Below, in pieces: positions 49,886 through 61,787 of a stretch of DNA of 64,000 bases. Source of the DNA: Macrostomum lignano (lineage: Eukaryota); the NCBI GenBank assembly GCA_002269645.1, contig NIVC01002504.1, positions 102,673 to 166,672 of the forward strand. Reading direction: 5' to 3'. The notes below the pieces were generated by a model. It did no database searches. It had not been told where the DNA came from and saw nothing but the letters and a program-made list of their open reading frames with translations. Position 1 is the stretch's first letter. Each line of letters starts with the position of its first letter. A program made the translations under genes and the position numbers.

Positions 49886-52725
49886 AAGCGTCACAGCGAT
49901 GATTTAGGGATCGTTGCGCTAGTTATTACACTTGGCTTAGACCACCGGAAATTTATTTGTAGTATAACAAATGTAATAATTTATTGATAAAAAAAACTAA
50001 TGCGATCGGTGGGTTCTGTTTTAGGAGAAAAAAATACGTTTATTTATTGTATTTGCATTTTATTTTACTAAAATACTTAATATGCCTATCTTATGTGAAC
50101 AAACTAACAGCCGCAAATCTAAAACAGATTTTTCTCGCGCTGCGTCATTAGTTCTCCTAGTGTTTCTTTGTTTACCATACCATAGCTGATGCGTTACATC
50201 GGCAATAATTTTTTCTTCTAGCTATCATAAAAGCTATGGCTGATGTGTGTGTAGCCACGTATCCGCTAATCGCATAGCTTTTTTGTAATATATTAATTAT
50301 TGTGTAAATATTTGTGTAAATTGTGACGTGTAGTTTGTAATATATGTAATTTTTTGTCATACATCATTGTGTAAATTGTGACGTGTAGTTTGTGTAAATA
50401 TTGATACAATAGTAGTATGTGATGAAACTGACTTGCGAATGACCTGTCGACCTGATTCCTGGCACTTTTTGTGCTGAAATTGAGACGAGAAGGCCTTTCA
50501 AATCTAGATATATATTTGCATGAATTTAGTTATACAACTAGAGCATTATGGACATTCATTCAAGCATACAAACAAACCTTAGAGATTTAGTATATTTAGA
50601 TTGTGTAATAATATAATATAGACCTTCAAGTTTGTAGGCAGTGCATAGAGCAAGGGCCAATAACAAAAAATAATATGGTGATCCTGGCTACTTCAAATGA
50701 ATACCTTCTAGAGATTTGAGGGCTTATTTGTGATGAATTAACTGATGAATCTGTGACAGTGACACAGCAACTGTGACCAGAGTATTAAGAATTTTAAGCA
50801 TCCTAGGGACCTAGATATGCTTGTCATATGTCAGTGACAGTAGATCTCATTTGTTGCTAGACAGCAGGTTGGTTGAAGTACTACTTCTTAAATAGCTAGG
50901 TAACAGCATTGCTCTTAGGCTACAGTCCCACTTTGTATTTTTCACCGCACACCTTACACTTAAATAATGTTTTCCTATATGCACCTTGGAGTCAAGAGTG
51001 GAATATATAGTGAGTAGGGCCTATGTCAGGTGGCTCATTCCAGCCAGATAAGATAGACATATTTGGAAAATAGTAAAAAGTCAATATTTTGCTCACCATT
51101 GCCTTGCTAGCTGATTTTTCTGCCAAATGTTCTTTATGTATAATATAGGCCTATACTAGCATACAATCTAAAAATAAAGGCAATTGTTATTTGTCCAGTT
51201 ACTGGATTATGACCATGCTTTCCTATTCATCTAGTTAATACTGGACAAATAGACATTTTGTTATTTGTCCAATTAAATTAATAATGCTAAAAAATCTATT
51301 TCATAGAAACTACAAGGATAAATATTCCTAGACTTTAAAGACTTCTTATTTGTATCTTGATTATTAGTTTATTATGTTGTTATACTAGTGTGTCTGATAT
51401 ACAAAATTATGCCAAATTGAATACATTGCTTTGCTAACATTAGTATATAAGAAAATATTAATTAATATACAAGAAAAGGTCTTAAAAATTTAGAATATTC
51501 ATCATAAAACAAACAGATACTTGTGTTAGCAATTTAAGCAGACAAATAGCAAAAAGGCTATTTGTCCAGTCATTGGACAAATAACAAATGCCAAAAATGA
51601 ATGGTAAAATGTTGGATTAGTATAATATCAGTTGGCAAAAAGCTATTTTTATAAAAAATTGGACATTTTTTTAAGCAAAAGACATCATTAACTTTGTGTA
51701 CCTTTTGAAAACAAATAAAAAGCTTTGGAAGATTGAAACAAACTATAGATAAAATTATAGTATTTGCATAATTAGATATAAACATTAATGGCCATATAAT
51801 CTATTAAATTTTTAATCTATTGGTAATTCAAAGTTAGTGAATTGACAGAAAAAAGTTAAAACCATAATGTTATGACCATAAGGCTGCCTATTCTTTTGTA
51901 CCTTTGTTGCCTTTAAATAAGTTTAAATATTCTAATAAAAAAGTATGATTTCTTTAGATGTTCTTAGTCAAATTAAAAAACAGAATATCAAAAATGATAA
52001 ATGTTATTTAAGACTTTTATCTATTAGTTTCTATATGTTTCTATATTGTTATCAAGCCTAAGAAGAACTTTTTCAGTGCATGATTCTGTGACTATAAATA
52101 TGTAAATATAATATTCATATAGAATTCTTTTTGTTAGGATAAATAATATATATTTATATATTATAATTTATTGGAATATTCCAAATAAAATAAAACTGAT
52201 AAAAACTTTGTGGGCATTTGTGTTGTGGCTCATTAAACTGCAACTATTAAAACAAAAAATATACATCTAAAATTTATAAATTAAAATCAAAGAGCCACTA
52301 TATGCAGGTAGGCCTACCCTTTTTCATAGACATAAGGACCCAGAAAAGACTTGTAAGAAAATACAACAATCAAGAATACAAGATGAAGTGGAAAATTTAG
52401 AAAACATATTCCAAAGCATCCCAATTACACCAAATAATAATTTAAGCTGCTTATTATATACTTATAAACACAACTCAATGCAATATGGCTATGGATAACA
52501 AATTATAGACTATAAATCTGCTAGATTTTAATCAACTTTAATCAAATCAGCTGATGCTCCAAGCCAGCCACTGCCTGAGCTGCAATGCCTGAGCAGGTTG
52601 CCTTGCAGGTGGCTGAGCAGATGGCTAAGCACCTGCTCTAAAAAGACACTGATATAGATAAACACCTTTTGAGCTTAGCATATGATGTAATATACAATTC
52701 AGAATGATCCTCACGAATTTCAGCA

Positions 52726-55507
52726 ATGATTTCGTCAAGAAAACTAAATGCGAAATCGAGAAAAAGACAATCTGAAGTAGTACTGATGACTGGCCAACGC
52801 GGAAGGCCAAGGATATTGCGAACGTCTAATGCATTGGAAAGTACTACATCGATTGCCACGGCTTCCTCGTGTTCCACAGTCACTGGCGGCAGTCTTTCAC
52901 AAGATCTGGGTGCAGGAAACCATGACTCTATGCCTGAACAGATTAGTAATAAGTTTGAACAGCCGCCTAAATTCACGGAATGGGAAGACTACACGGCCAT
53001 TGTGGAAAGTTACACTGCCGGTTATAAACAGTCATTCGAGTTAAAATGCTGTGTTCGTTGCGACATGCAGCCTGGAGTTTTCCGATGCGTTCATTGTCAG
53101 TACGATGTCTGCAGTGATTGTAAAAAGATAACGCATGGAAATTTTGCTGCTCACAAGTTCCTCCAGTGGAATGTAAGTTGTTTTAAAATCTAAATTGCAA
53201 TTTCTAAGGATATTAGTTTACTGTGAAGAAAACAATGACGCCTATTTGGCAGTATAACGCTGTATTAAATTTGACGTGAAACAAAAGTATTTAGAATGCT
53301 AATAGCCTTAGTACGGAATAATATTTTTATAACACCGCATACAAAATTTAACCCTTTTTCCTAGGCTCAATCGCTAATGTTTGAAGACATTCAAGAAGAA
53401 GAGCCTGTCTCTCTATTCTGCTGTAGCGAATCAAGCTTGTCTTCTGAGTTTACAACATCATCCGAAATTCAGATTATTGACATCAACGGAATTGTTTGCG
53501 CCAGAATTTATACGTGCCAATCCTGTGATAAAGTTGATGCCATGCTAGCAAAAGGATACTTTCCTGGAAGCGAGTCACGCGTTGGCGAATTGTTAACATT
53601 TTTTTCAATTAGCTTTCTATCAACTCTTGACTCCTTGTGCTTTGACGGTCAACTGCCACTGTCTCGTGCAATTACCTGTCTTTTCAAAGGCTCCGTCGTA
53701 GGACAAGGTCGCTGGAACCCTGGTTTAGCCGATCGAGTGTATCAGAGATTGCAGCGTAATGGAGTCCTACTGCGGTTTCGAGAGTTGCAGAGGTGTTCAG
53801 CAAGCTGGCCTGCTAGTTGTCTTTTGTGTCCTGACCAAAATTCAAGTCGGAAGTCTGTAGTTTGTGCTGATGCTCTATTTGGATGGCGAAGACTACAAAG
53901 TATGGGTTCGAAGCAACGTCTAGTGCCAGATTCTGAACGCTCATTGCCGTCACCGCTTATTCATGTAGAACCAGCAACTGTACCGCCTCCTACGACACAA
54001 GTGTCTGCAGAAGGCTGCACTAACTGGAAGGCTGGAACAGAAAAACCCGTGATCAGGGCCAGCAAGCACGATGTCAACGGTTTCTTTGGCTTATTTTGCC
54101 GGCATAACAGGCTTCTGACAGGTTGCAACATTATTACAGCTGGTGAGGGCCTGTGCTATCCAGAACAGACTCTTCGTCATTACCTAATGACACAGCCCGT
54201 CTCAAAGGATCTCATTTTTATCTATGATGTTGGTGAGTTGATTTTTATCGTGTTTCTATCATGCTGCACTTATTTACACTATACACTTATAGTGTGTGCT
54301 TACTTATGCTTGTGCTTACTTATGTACGTGCATGCGTACTGCGACACGAAGCTCAATTATTTATTCATTTAAAAACTTTTTCCTAAAATCAGGTTGTCGC
54401 ATTTCCAATCGTGTCAAGTCCATGGTGTCAGCATCTGGTGTACAGCTTAACAGTGTCACGTGCGCTGTGAACGCCTTTCATGTGCTGGGCCACGAGAGAC
54501 AATGCCAACTAAAGTACTCCGTGCGGGTAACTCCTGGAGCGGGTCTTTGCGACGGGGAGAATACGGAGCGCGCTTGGTCTGCACTACGACCGTTTGGTAA
54601 AAGCTTAAAGTACATGCGGTCCGATCGCAGAAGTGCTTGTATGTCTTACATTTTGCATTGCTTCAATGCTAATCAGTTGTTGTACGCCTCCAATTGGTTT
54701 TCTGCTCGATTAAAACTAATAACTCGCACAGCCGCGTCTTGTTCAGCTGAAATGGAGCAATTGCTTCTACAAGCTGGCGATTTGATGCGGAACAACAAAT
54801 TAACTATTCCTGCCGGAATCTCTGAGGTAGCCATTTTAAATCTTGCTCAACAATGGCATGCAGAAGCCATAAATCCCAATAGCGACTCTCCATTGAGCAG
54901 GGAACCTTACGCAAAGCTTAAGGCACTTGCTTTGGAACGATTCTATTGGATCCGTCAGAGTGGCTGCTCAGATGGACAAAAAGAAAATCGAGCATGTCTA
55001 CGCAAGGTTGCGGCTTTAAATGCAGACATTCGAATGGCCGCCCGCTCGCTTCCGCCAGGCCTTCGCGTGCCCACTATGATTCAGCTTCGCGACTTCCAGT
55101 CAGACTTCTACTTCGGTCTTTCGATCGATGTGTCTGAGAGGTTCAAGCGACGGGTGGTTGACTTGTATCACAAGCTGAATCGTCTAGCGGAGGAAAAGAT
55201 CATTATTGTGCAAGAGTGGCGTGACGTTCAAATTAAACTTGAACAGCACTGTGAAACACTCCATCATCAACCTGGATTGCCAGCCCAGTTTCGATGCCTC
55301 TTTCAGACTATTTTAAAGCAACTTCAAGCTCTTCGCTTTGATCACATTGACGCAAGCATTGAAGCTGCTGCTGCTGATGCGCAGCATCCAAACGACGCTG
55401 GTACCAACGTAAATCAGCCAGATGACGTTGAAGCCCCGAGTCATTCAGACGTTGAATCAAGTCGTGAGCAGTCTGAGTCAGATGAAGAATGGATTGATAG
55501 TATTTAA
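52726..55507 (+). CDS. KDZ (Kyakuja-Dileera-Zisupton) transposase, 3 exons (52726-53172, 53365-54232, 54393-55507), 809 aa, apparently intact
   Basis: Canonical GT-AG introns in consistent phase give one open frame. It contains a B-box-like CVRC..FRCVHCQYDVCSDC..THGNFAAHKFLQWN, a CxC region, CADALFG, CTNWKA, GLFCRH, FIYDVGCRI (built across the intron), AFHVLGHERQCQLKYS and GAGLCDGENTERAWS. These are the KDZ D/D/H/E motifs. Confidence 0.88.
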
Positions 55508-55670
55508 TTCCGAAACTCGATTACTTGAAACTGTTATCCATAGGATAATCATATTTCGGATGTAAACTAGCTTGTTTACATGAAATTCTAAACCAGTTTA
55601 TAAACGTATACCGATTTCTCTTAGAAATTTACTGTAAAGTTTACAGCCTACCAAAGTAAGCAGTATTTCA

Positions 55671-55962
55671 GCTTTCAAAAAGCTGGCCGCTTTGCATTTC
55701 TTGCTGTGGCTTCCCGCTCTTAGTGGCGGGATTGATCCTTAGTTCAATGCTGCAAAAGACCGCTGTGCACTGTTTACTGTGCTGTGGAATTTGTTTTGCT
55801 CTGCAAAGTGAACTATGGATTAACCCCCTGAACGGTGTTCGGCCTCTTCGTGGCTCAGGGGATCCACGATTCACTTTTAGAATCGGCTAACTGAGCACCA
55901 TTTTTTCTTGTTCATTTTTCTTTTATACTTCTGTTAACAATTTTAGATATTTGCTTCACTGA
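55671..55962 (+). repeat. 292-bp direct repeat, copy 1 (downstream of the KDZ stop); structured and ends in a branch point/polypyrimidine/AG
   Basis: Read as identical to 59650..59941. Confidence 0.95.
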
Positions 55963-56640
55963 TTGAAATTTATAACTACGAGCAACTTTCTTGAATGTGT
56001 TTTATTCTCTCGTTTGTATTACTTAATATTTCATGCATTTATATGCAGTCGCCTGTCGTTGCAGCGAGAGGCGCATATGCGTCTTACTTTTGTCCCTTTT
56101 CGTTGTACTACACTTTGACACTCACTGCAATTTGTCAGTTCTCTTATGTTAGCCTGCGTTTAGACGCCCGCTATGCCAATAGTATATTTGCATACTGCTT
56201 CAAAGATAGCGCGAAAGTATAATAAAAGTGGAACTAGTAATCGTGATATACACATTTTTGTCTTTTACTTTTGTTACGTGTTAACCATAAGCAATAGCAG
56301 TGACCCATCCCGCCATGCACTCATTATCCCATTTATAGCAGCACTTTAGGCTTGGCTGGGGAGATTGAAAATGTAACTGCCCACACTAACTAATGGCACC
56401 CTGCTTGGCCTGTAGCCTTATTGACTCGGACTCGAGGGTTTCAGTTGAGAGGAAAGGATGTTCATGTTGGAAGATAGACCTGGTTCCGATCAGAGGATAG
56501 GAGATTCAGATGTGAGATTCAGAATTTTTTATACTCTAAAGCATTTCCTCTCCGTCATTGTCTTAGAATACAAAAATTAAGACTTAATTTGCCTAACCTC
56601 CCTGGAAGCAGTATAATAATAAGCCCACAACGTTTTCCCG

Positions 56641-57258
56641 ATGCTCTTGAATGTCACCCGCGGGACAATGTCTCACATGGTGCAGGTTCATACGCAGATT
56701 TCCTGTTTGATCTGCAATGCTTGGACAGGACGCGCATCTGGTTTCAAGGTACATTGCAATCGAAAGCACCCTGATGCCACTGAAGAGCAAATTGATGCCA
56801 CAATCCGCCTTTTTGGACTTTTAAAGGCAAAGAAGCGAACCGAATCGGGTTACCTCTATCAGTGTCCTGTTTGCAGTGTTATCACTTCGAATTTACCAAG
56901 CCATGTTAGGGTAAAACATGGAAAGCAATCTAAGACAAATGGAAATTCGCAATCTACCTATAACTTAGACGAGGCTAAAGAAAACGCTGAAGTTTTAATT
57001 TCTAAGCTGCAATCACTAGCCGCCAGGAACCCCTCCGAAAAGTGTGCCGATTCACAGCTCTCCGGTCCAAGTGTTTTACGTTCAAACATTTTCAATTGCC
57101 CTGATAGCCATTGTACATGCCCCTGCCACAGTTGTAGTGTAACTACGTTAGACAATGATTTCAATGGCTTTTTTAATCCAGCTTCTCCCAGCGTTTCGTT
57201 GCAACAAAATGCAAATCCTACAATTTCGAATTCCGTTTCACTACTCGATTTGCTTTAA
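56641..57258 (+). CDS. Double C2H2 zinc-finger ORF; probable first exon of the SET gene, or a separate gene
   Basis: CLIC..FKVHCNRKH and CPVCSVITSNLPSHVRVKH. The splice donor was not firmly identified. Confidence 0.65.
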   Translation: MLLNVTRGTMSHMVQVHTQISCLICNAWTGRASGFKVHCNRKHPDATEEQIDATIRLFGLLKAKKRTESGYLYQCPVCSVITSNLPSHVRVKHGKQSKTNGNSQSTYNLDEAKENAEVLISKLQSLAARNPSEKCADSQLSGPSVLRSNIFNCPDSHCTCPCHSCSVTTLDNDFNGFFNPASPSVSLQQNANPTISNSVSLLDLL

Positions 57259-57543
57259 AACTTCAGTGTGACTGGCAACCTAATGCTACTATGCAGAAAT
57301 TCGGGACTGTAATGCGTTATCAAGTCCGTTGTATCGCCCAACCTTTCAAATAAACATTTGATTTGATCTGTTCAGCTGCCTTTTATTATTGTCCTGAGAC
57401 TACGAGCGAGCGGAACATGCCTTCTTTGCTTTCAGTCTGACAGTCTTTAAGAGTGCATTGTAAAGTACCTATTACCAAGATGCCTAGTTCATTCATCTTT
57501 CACCGTAGTTAAAGGTTTCATTTTGATTTTTCCTCATTTTCAG

Positions 57544-59581
57544 AAAGTTTGCGCGACACGTTTTATCGAGAACTAAATTTTACTCTAAACGTTTACGTTG
57601 AAAACTTGAATCAATTCAATATGGACCCTGACCAGTTTATTTGCCCGATGTGTGACTATTCCACCAATCGGTCCGCCACCCTCCTTCGACACGCTCGAAG
57701 CAAGCATACAGCAAACTACGATCGAGTCGAAGCCTACATTCTCTACAAACGTTGGCATGGCAAAAGAGATTTAAAGCTTTGCCAGCTGTGCAGCTCATTT
57801 GCCGCCTCTAATATGAGACAACACATGCGGCTGTGCCATTTCGGCGAAGCATTTGTTGTCGGCCGTGCAGCCGTAGCTGATGCGAGGGCAAGGGCATATG
57901 ACAGAATTGAGGGCCTGCGGTTGTTGGCCTTTTACGGCATCCGGCCTCAACTAAATCTTAATCCAGCCTTGCCGCTTGAAAGCCTGCCGGAATCTGCCGC
58001 CGCTATAACAATGGACGCGGACTTAGCTACCGACGCTGAAATGGCGACCTCCAATGAGGTGTGTTAAACTAAAATTTGTGTCCATGGTTTTTTGTTGTTA
58101 AAACGCTGCGGCCTGTAACCTTGAAAGCATCAGGTCGCGGGTCAGGTCAGGTCGCAACTTTTCTTAAAAAGTTGAATGTTTGGTAAATTTGAGAAGATGA
58201 AAGTGAAAAATGAATAAATAAAAGCTTTTAGATACTTTGCTCAAAAGGAAATATTAGGGATTAACAACAAGGGGTGGGTCTTTTATGCTGGTCCATGGTT
58301 TATGGTGTAGAGCAATTATCTTACCATCAGCTGGGTTGCATGTATGTTTAATGAAAATAACAAAGGGTTACGTTCATCTTTAATTGCATGTTGTAACCAT
58401 TATGATGTACTTTTTTCTTCACTGTCAGGTTCCCCTTAGCGTTCGGCTCCAAAGAGGAGAAGCCAATAAAGATGGCCTGTCCAATGATCCGCCTTTCGAG
58501 CCGACTGTGACTTCGCCTGAGGACTCAAATAGCCACGCTGCTGCGGTTGCCCCTCCTGCAATGGCAGCTAATCGCGAGCTTCTGGTCCCGGAGTCTGCCG
58601 CTGCTGCAACTATAGACGTCGCCTTATCTACCGACGCTGTACCGGCGACCTCCAATGAAGTAAGTTGGTCAAACTAAATGAAGTCCACAGTTTATTGTGT
58701 GAAACAGTGTTCTTAGGAACAATTTTGTTGCATGTTTATTCAATGCAAAGATTAAAGCGTTGGGGTTAATCTGCATTTGTATGCCGTTACCACTATGAAT
58801 CATTTGTCCTCTTCATTTTCTTCACTGTCAGGTTCCCCTTAGCGTTCGGCTCCAAAGAGGAGAAGCCAATAAAGATGGCCTGTCCAATGATCCGCCTTTC
58901 GAGCCGACTGTGACTTCGCCTGAGGACTCAAATAGCCACGCTGCTGCGGTTGCCCCTCCTGCAATGGCAGCTAATCGCGAGCGTCTAGTCCCGGACACTA
59001 TCACAACTCCGGACGGAGCATGCACGCCGCTCCTTCACGTGACGCCTCACGGCCGAGCTAGCCGTGGGAGTCCAGAGCGATCCCTGCCGACCGAAATGGC
59101 GTCTATGAGGCAACTCACTATGGCCGATGTGGTTCGACAGACAATGATTTCTACCGGCAACGTCGTGGTTCAGGCCGGTAGCGTCGACGCAGAGGGTCTG
59201 GGGGCATTTGCCCGTACGGACCTCCCAAAAGGCACTGTCGTCTGTACTTACGGTGGAGAATTAATCCAAGGACAAAAAGCACGCCTCGCCCGGGAGGAAG
59301 ATATTGTAAAGCAAGGGAAGCCATGCTGCTTCTTGTTTTTCTTTTCCTGGCGAGATCAAGCTTATTGCATCGACGCAACCAACACTTTCCAGTACGTCGG
59401 TCGGTACATTAACCATAGCCGGCGAAGAAATAACTTGAAGCCGATTGTTGCTGATGTAAACAATAAACCGCATCTGGTCTTCCAAGCCATTCGAGACATT
59501 GCTCGAGGCGAGGAGCTACTCTACGATTATGGAGAAAGGCGCTCGGATGTGCTTCGACTGCATCCGTGGCTTAAAGACTGA
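57544..59581 (+). CDS. C2H2 zinc-finger plus PR-Set7/SETD8(KMT5A)-like SET-domain protein; exons 57544-58058, 58429-58659, 58832-59581
   Basis: Phase-compatible AG/GT borders. Fingers CPMCDY..LLRHARSKH and CQLC..MRQHMRLCH. SET domain GLGAFARTDLPKGTVVCTYGGEL..YCIDAT..GRYINHS..N..PHLVFQAIRDIARGEELLYDYGER..HPWLKD; the terminal HPWL is typical of the H4K20 monomethyltransferase family. Confidence 0.88.
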
Positions 59582-59649
59582 AAGGCTAAGTTTATTCTCT
59601 GAAACCATCAGCCCCCGTTGCATGGGGAGTTCGCTATAAGATTTTATCG

Positions 59650-59941
59650 GCTTTCAAAAAGCTGGCCGCTTTGCATTTCTTGCTGTGGCTTCCCGCTCTT
59701 AGTGGCGGGATTGATCCTTAGTTCAATGCTGCAAAAGACCGCTGTGCACTGTTTACTGTGCTGTGGAATTTGTTTTGCTCTGCAAAGTGAACTATGGATT
59801 AACCCCCTGAACGGTGTTCGGCCTCTTCGTGGCTCAGGGGATCCACGATTCACTTTTAGAATCGGCTAACTGAGCACCATTTTTTCTTGTTCATTTTTCT
59901 TTTATACTTCTGTTAACAATTTTAGATATTTGCTTCACTGA
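59650..59941 (+). repeat. 292-bp direct repeat, copy 2 (downstream of the SET stop)
   Basis: Read as identical to 55671..55962. Confidence 0.95.
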
Positions 59942-60074
59942 CCTACATGTATATTATCTTATAAATGGCTTTTGCTTCTATTTCAGATACTGCTGGTCTA
60001 GATATGGTGCATTAGTGCAAATGTGCCATGGTCTGTTTGCTACATGATGCAAAAACTTATCACAACAACAGTCC

Positions 60075-61600
60075 CCGCGTGTCCTAGTTTGACCCATAAC
60101 AGCTCCGTGTCCTCAATTGACCCTCAACAGTCCCGTGTCCTCATTTGACCCCTAACAGTCCTGTGTCCTCATTTTACCCTTATAGTTCTGTGTTCTCATT
60201 CGACCTCTAAGAGACCTTTTGTGTCCTTTAACCTCTAGAAGTCCTGTGTCCTTGTTTGCCGCCTAACAGTCTCTTGTCATTTCTTTCGCCCCAGAGATTC
60301 GGCAGCACTACGAGAAACGCCTGCATCGTGTGGACGACCTCCAGATGGACCTGACCAATCTTCGCATGCAGCTGCAATTGCAGGTCCTTGCGGAGCGCGA
60401 TCGTTCGGCTAAACTGCGCTTCATCATTCGGCGCCGCTGTTGCCGCGCCTGCCAGCAGAGCCTTCGAGTCGAGCCGTCTGCTCTCGCCAGCAGCTGTCGG
60501 CAGCCGTTGTCTTGGACCAGCCTCTACTCGACGCCACGGCCGCAGCCGCCGTCGCCGCTGCCGCGTCGATGGCCACCGACTCTTTAACAACAACTCTGCC
60601 GCAGCAGTCTTCGACGGAGCAGGCGTCGTCCATGTCGCCCAGTCTTGGCGATCTCGGCGGCCGACCCAGGCGGGCCAATCGGCGACTGTCAAAGGCGCTG
60701 ACGCTGCCGCCTTGTTCCGACGGGGTGGTGCGCCGCCTCCGCCGCCGCCGTCACAACTGTTGGCCAGGTAAGGACAGTTGACCCCTGCGCACTTTTTTTG
60801 CCCCAAATAACCTCTGTCTTCAATGACCCCACGGTAGATGTTTGCCCTCAAATGATCTTTACGTATATTAGTTTGTCCTCAAATGACCTCCAGATAGATT
60901 CTGTCCTCAAATGACCCCTGGGTAGACTTTTGTCCTCAACTGACCCCAGGGTTGATTTTTGTCCTGAAATGACCTCTGCTTAGAATTATTGTCCTCATTT
61001 GACCCCTTTCCTATTCTTATCTCTCGCGCAGAGACGCCTGAGTGCAGGGGAGCCGCAGCTGCGCGCCCGTTCCGGCCGTCGGCGATACCCGGCATCGGGA
61101 GCGACCGGCTCTGACAGCCAGCAGCAGCAGCAGAAGCAGACGGTGGTGGCTAGAAAAATTTATTTGCCACTGGCGAATACTACCGGCGCTGCTGTGTTAG
61201 GCAGCAATACTATGGGTAGTAGGACTGCTGCTAACGCTGCTGCCGCTACAACCGCCTTCGATGTGGCCGCTTGTTTAGCCGCATCGCTGGCTGGGGGCAA
61301 CGACGATAGTCGAGACGGCGAGACCGACTCCCGGCTAGGCTATAATCGATCGGTGAGCTGGGAAATTTTATCAACCCATGTTAATGTATGACTCACCACT
61401 TTATATGCGTGCAACTAAACATGTGATACCGTCATGATGTTTGTGACCTTAAATGACCAATACTCATGTCCCTAAATAACCCCTTGTCTTGTCCCTACAT
61501 GACCCTGTCCGTGTCCTAAATATCGACCTTTCATGGCATATATTTCCTCATCCTTGAATGACCTCATTTATCATCATCTCCCTGTCCTCAAATGGCCTTT
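60075..61600. repeat. Degenerate 28-30-bp minisatellite (TGACCCYYAACAGTCCTGTGTCCTCATT) in three intronic blocks
   Basis: Blocks at about 60075-60260, 60780-61010 and 61440-61600. Confidence 0.75.
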
Positions 61601-61787
61601 CAAAAACTCGGTCGCCACCCCTAACCTGCAGGCCTCCGCCGATCCGAAATCCGAGGACGACCTCGATCTTGATGTCAAAGTGGATAACGATGACGAAGAT
61701 TACGAGGGCGAATTCGACGCCACACTGTCTGGTCACCAGCAGCTGAACTCGGAGCCGAATTTCCGGCTGAATTCGTCGATTATTTAA
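60295..61787 (+). CDS. 3' exons of a probable host MAP3K12/13 (DLK/LZK)-like gene (about 60295-60768, 61033-61390, 61632-61787)
   Basis: After CCCCAG| the frame reads EIRQHYEKRLHRVDDLQMDLTNLRMQLQLQ, similar to the DLK leucine zipper [20 protein letters not shown]..LQLE. Low-complexity exons follow, ending ..NFRLNSSII*. There is one apparent frameshift near 60450, and no kinase exons are in the window. Confidence 0.55.

Noticed and set aside
55671-55962. Hammerhead/HDV ribozyme or snoRNA identity for the structured repeat
   Set aside because: No CTGANGA..GAAA core on either strand, no clear C/D boxes or terminal ACA by eye; left unassigned.
49886-60060. Terminal inverted repeats or TSD for the KDZ-SET unit
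   Set aside because: No matching ends found by eye, so the element boundaries remain undefined.
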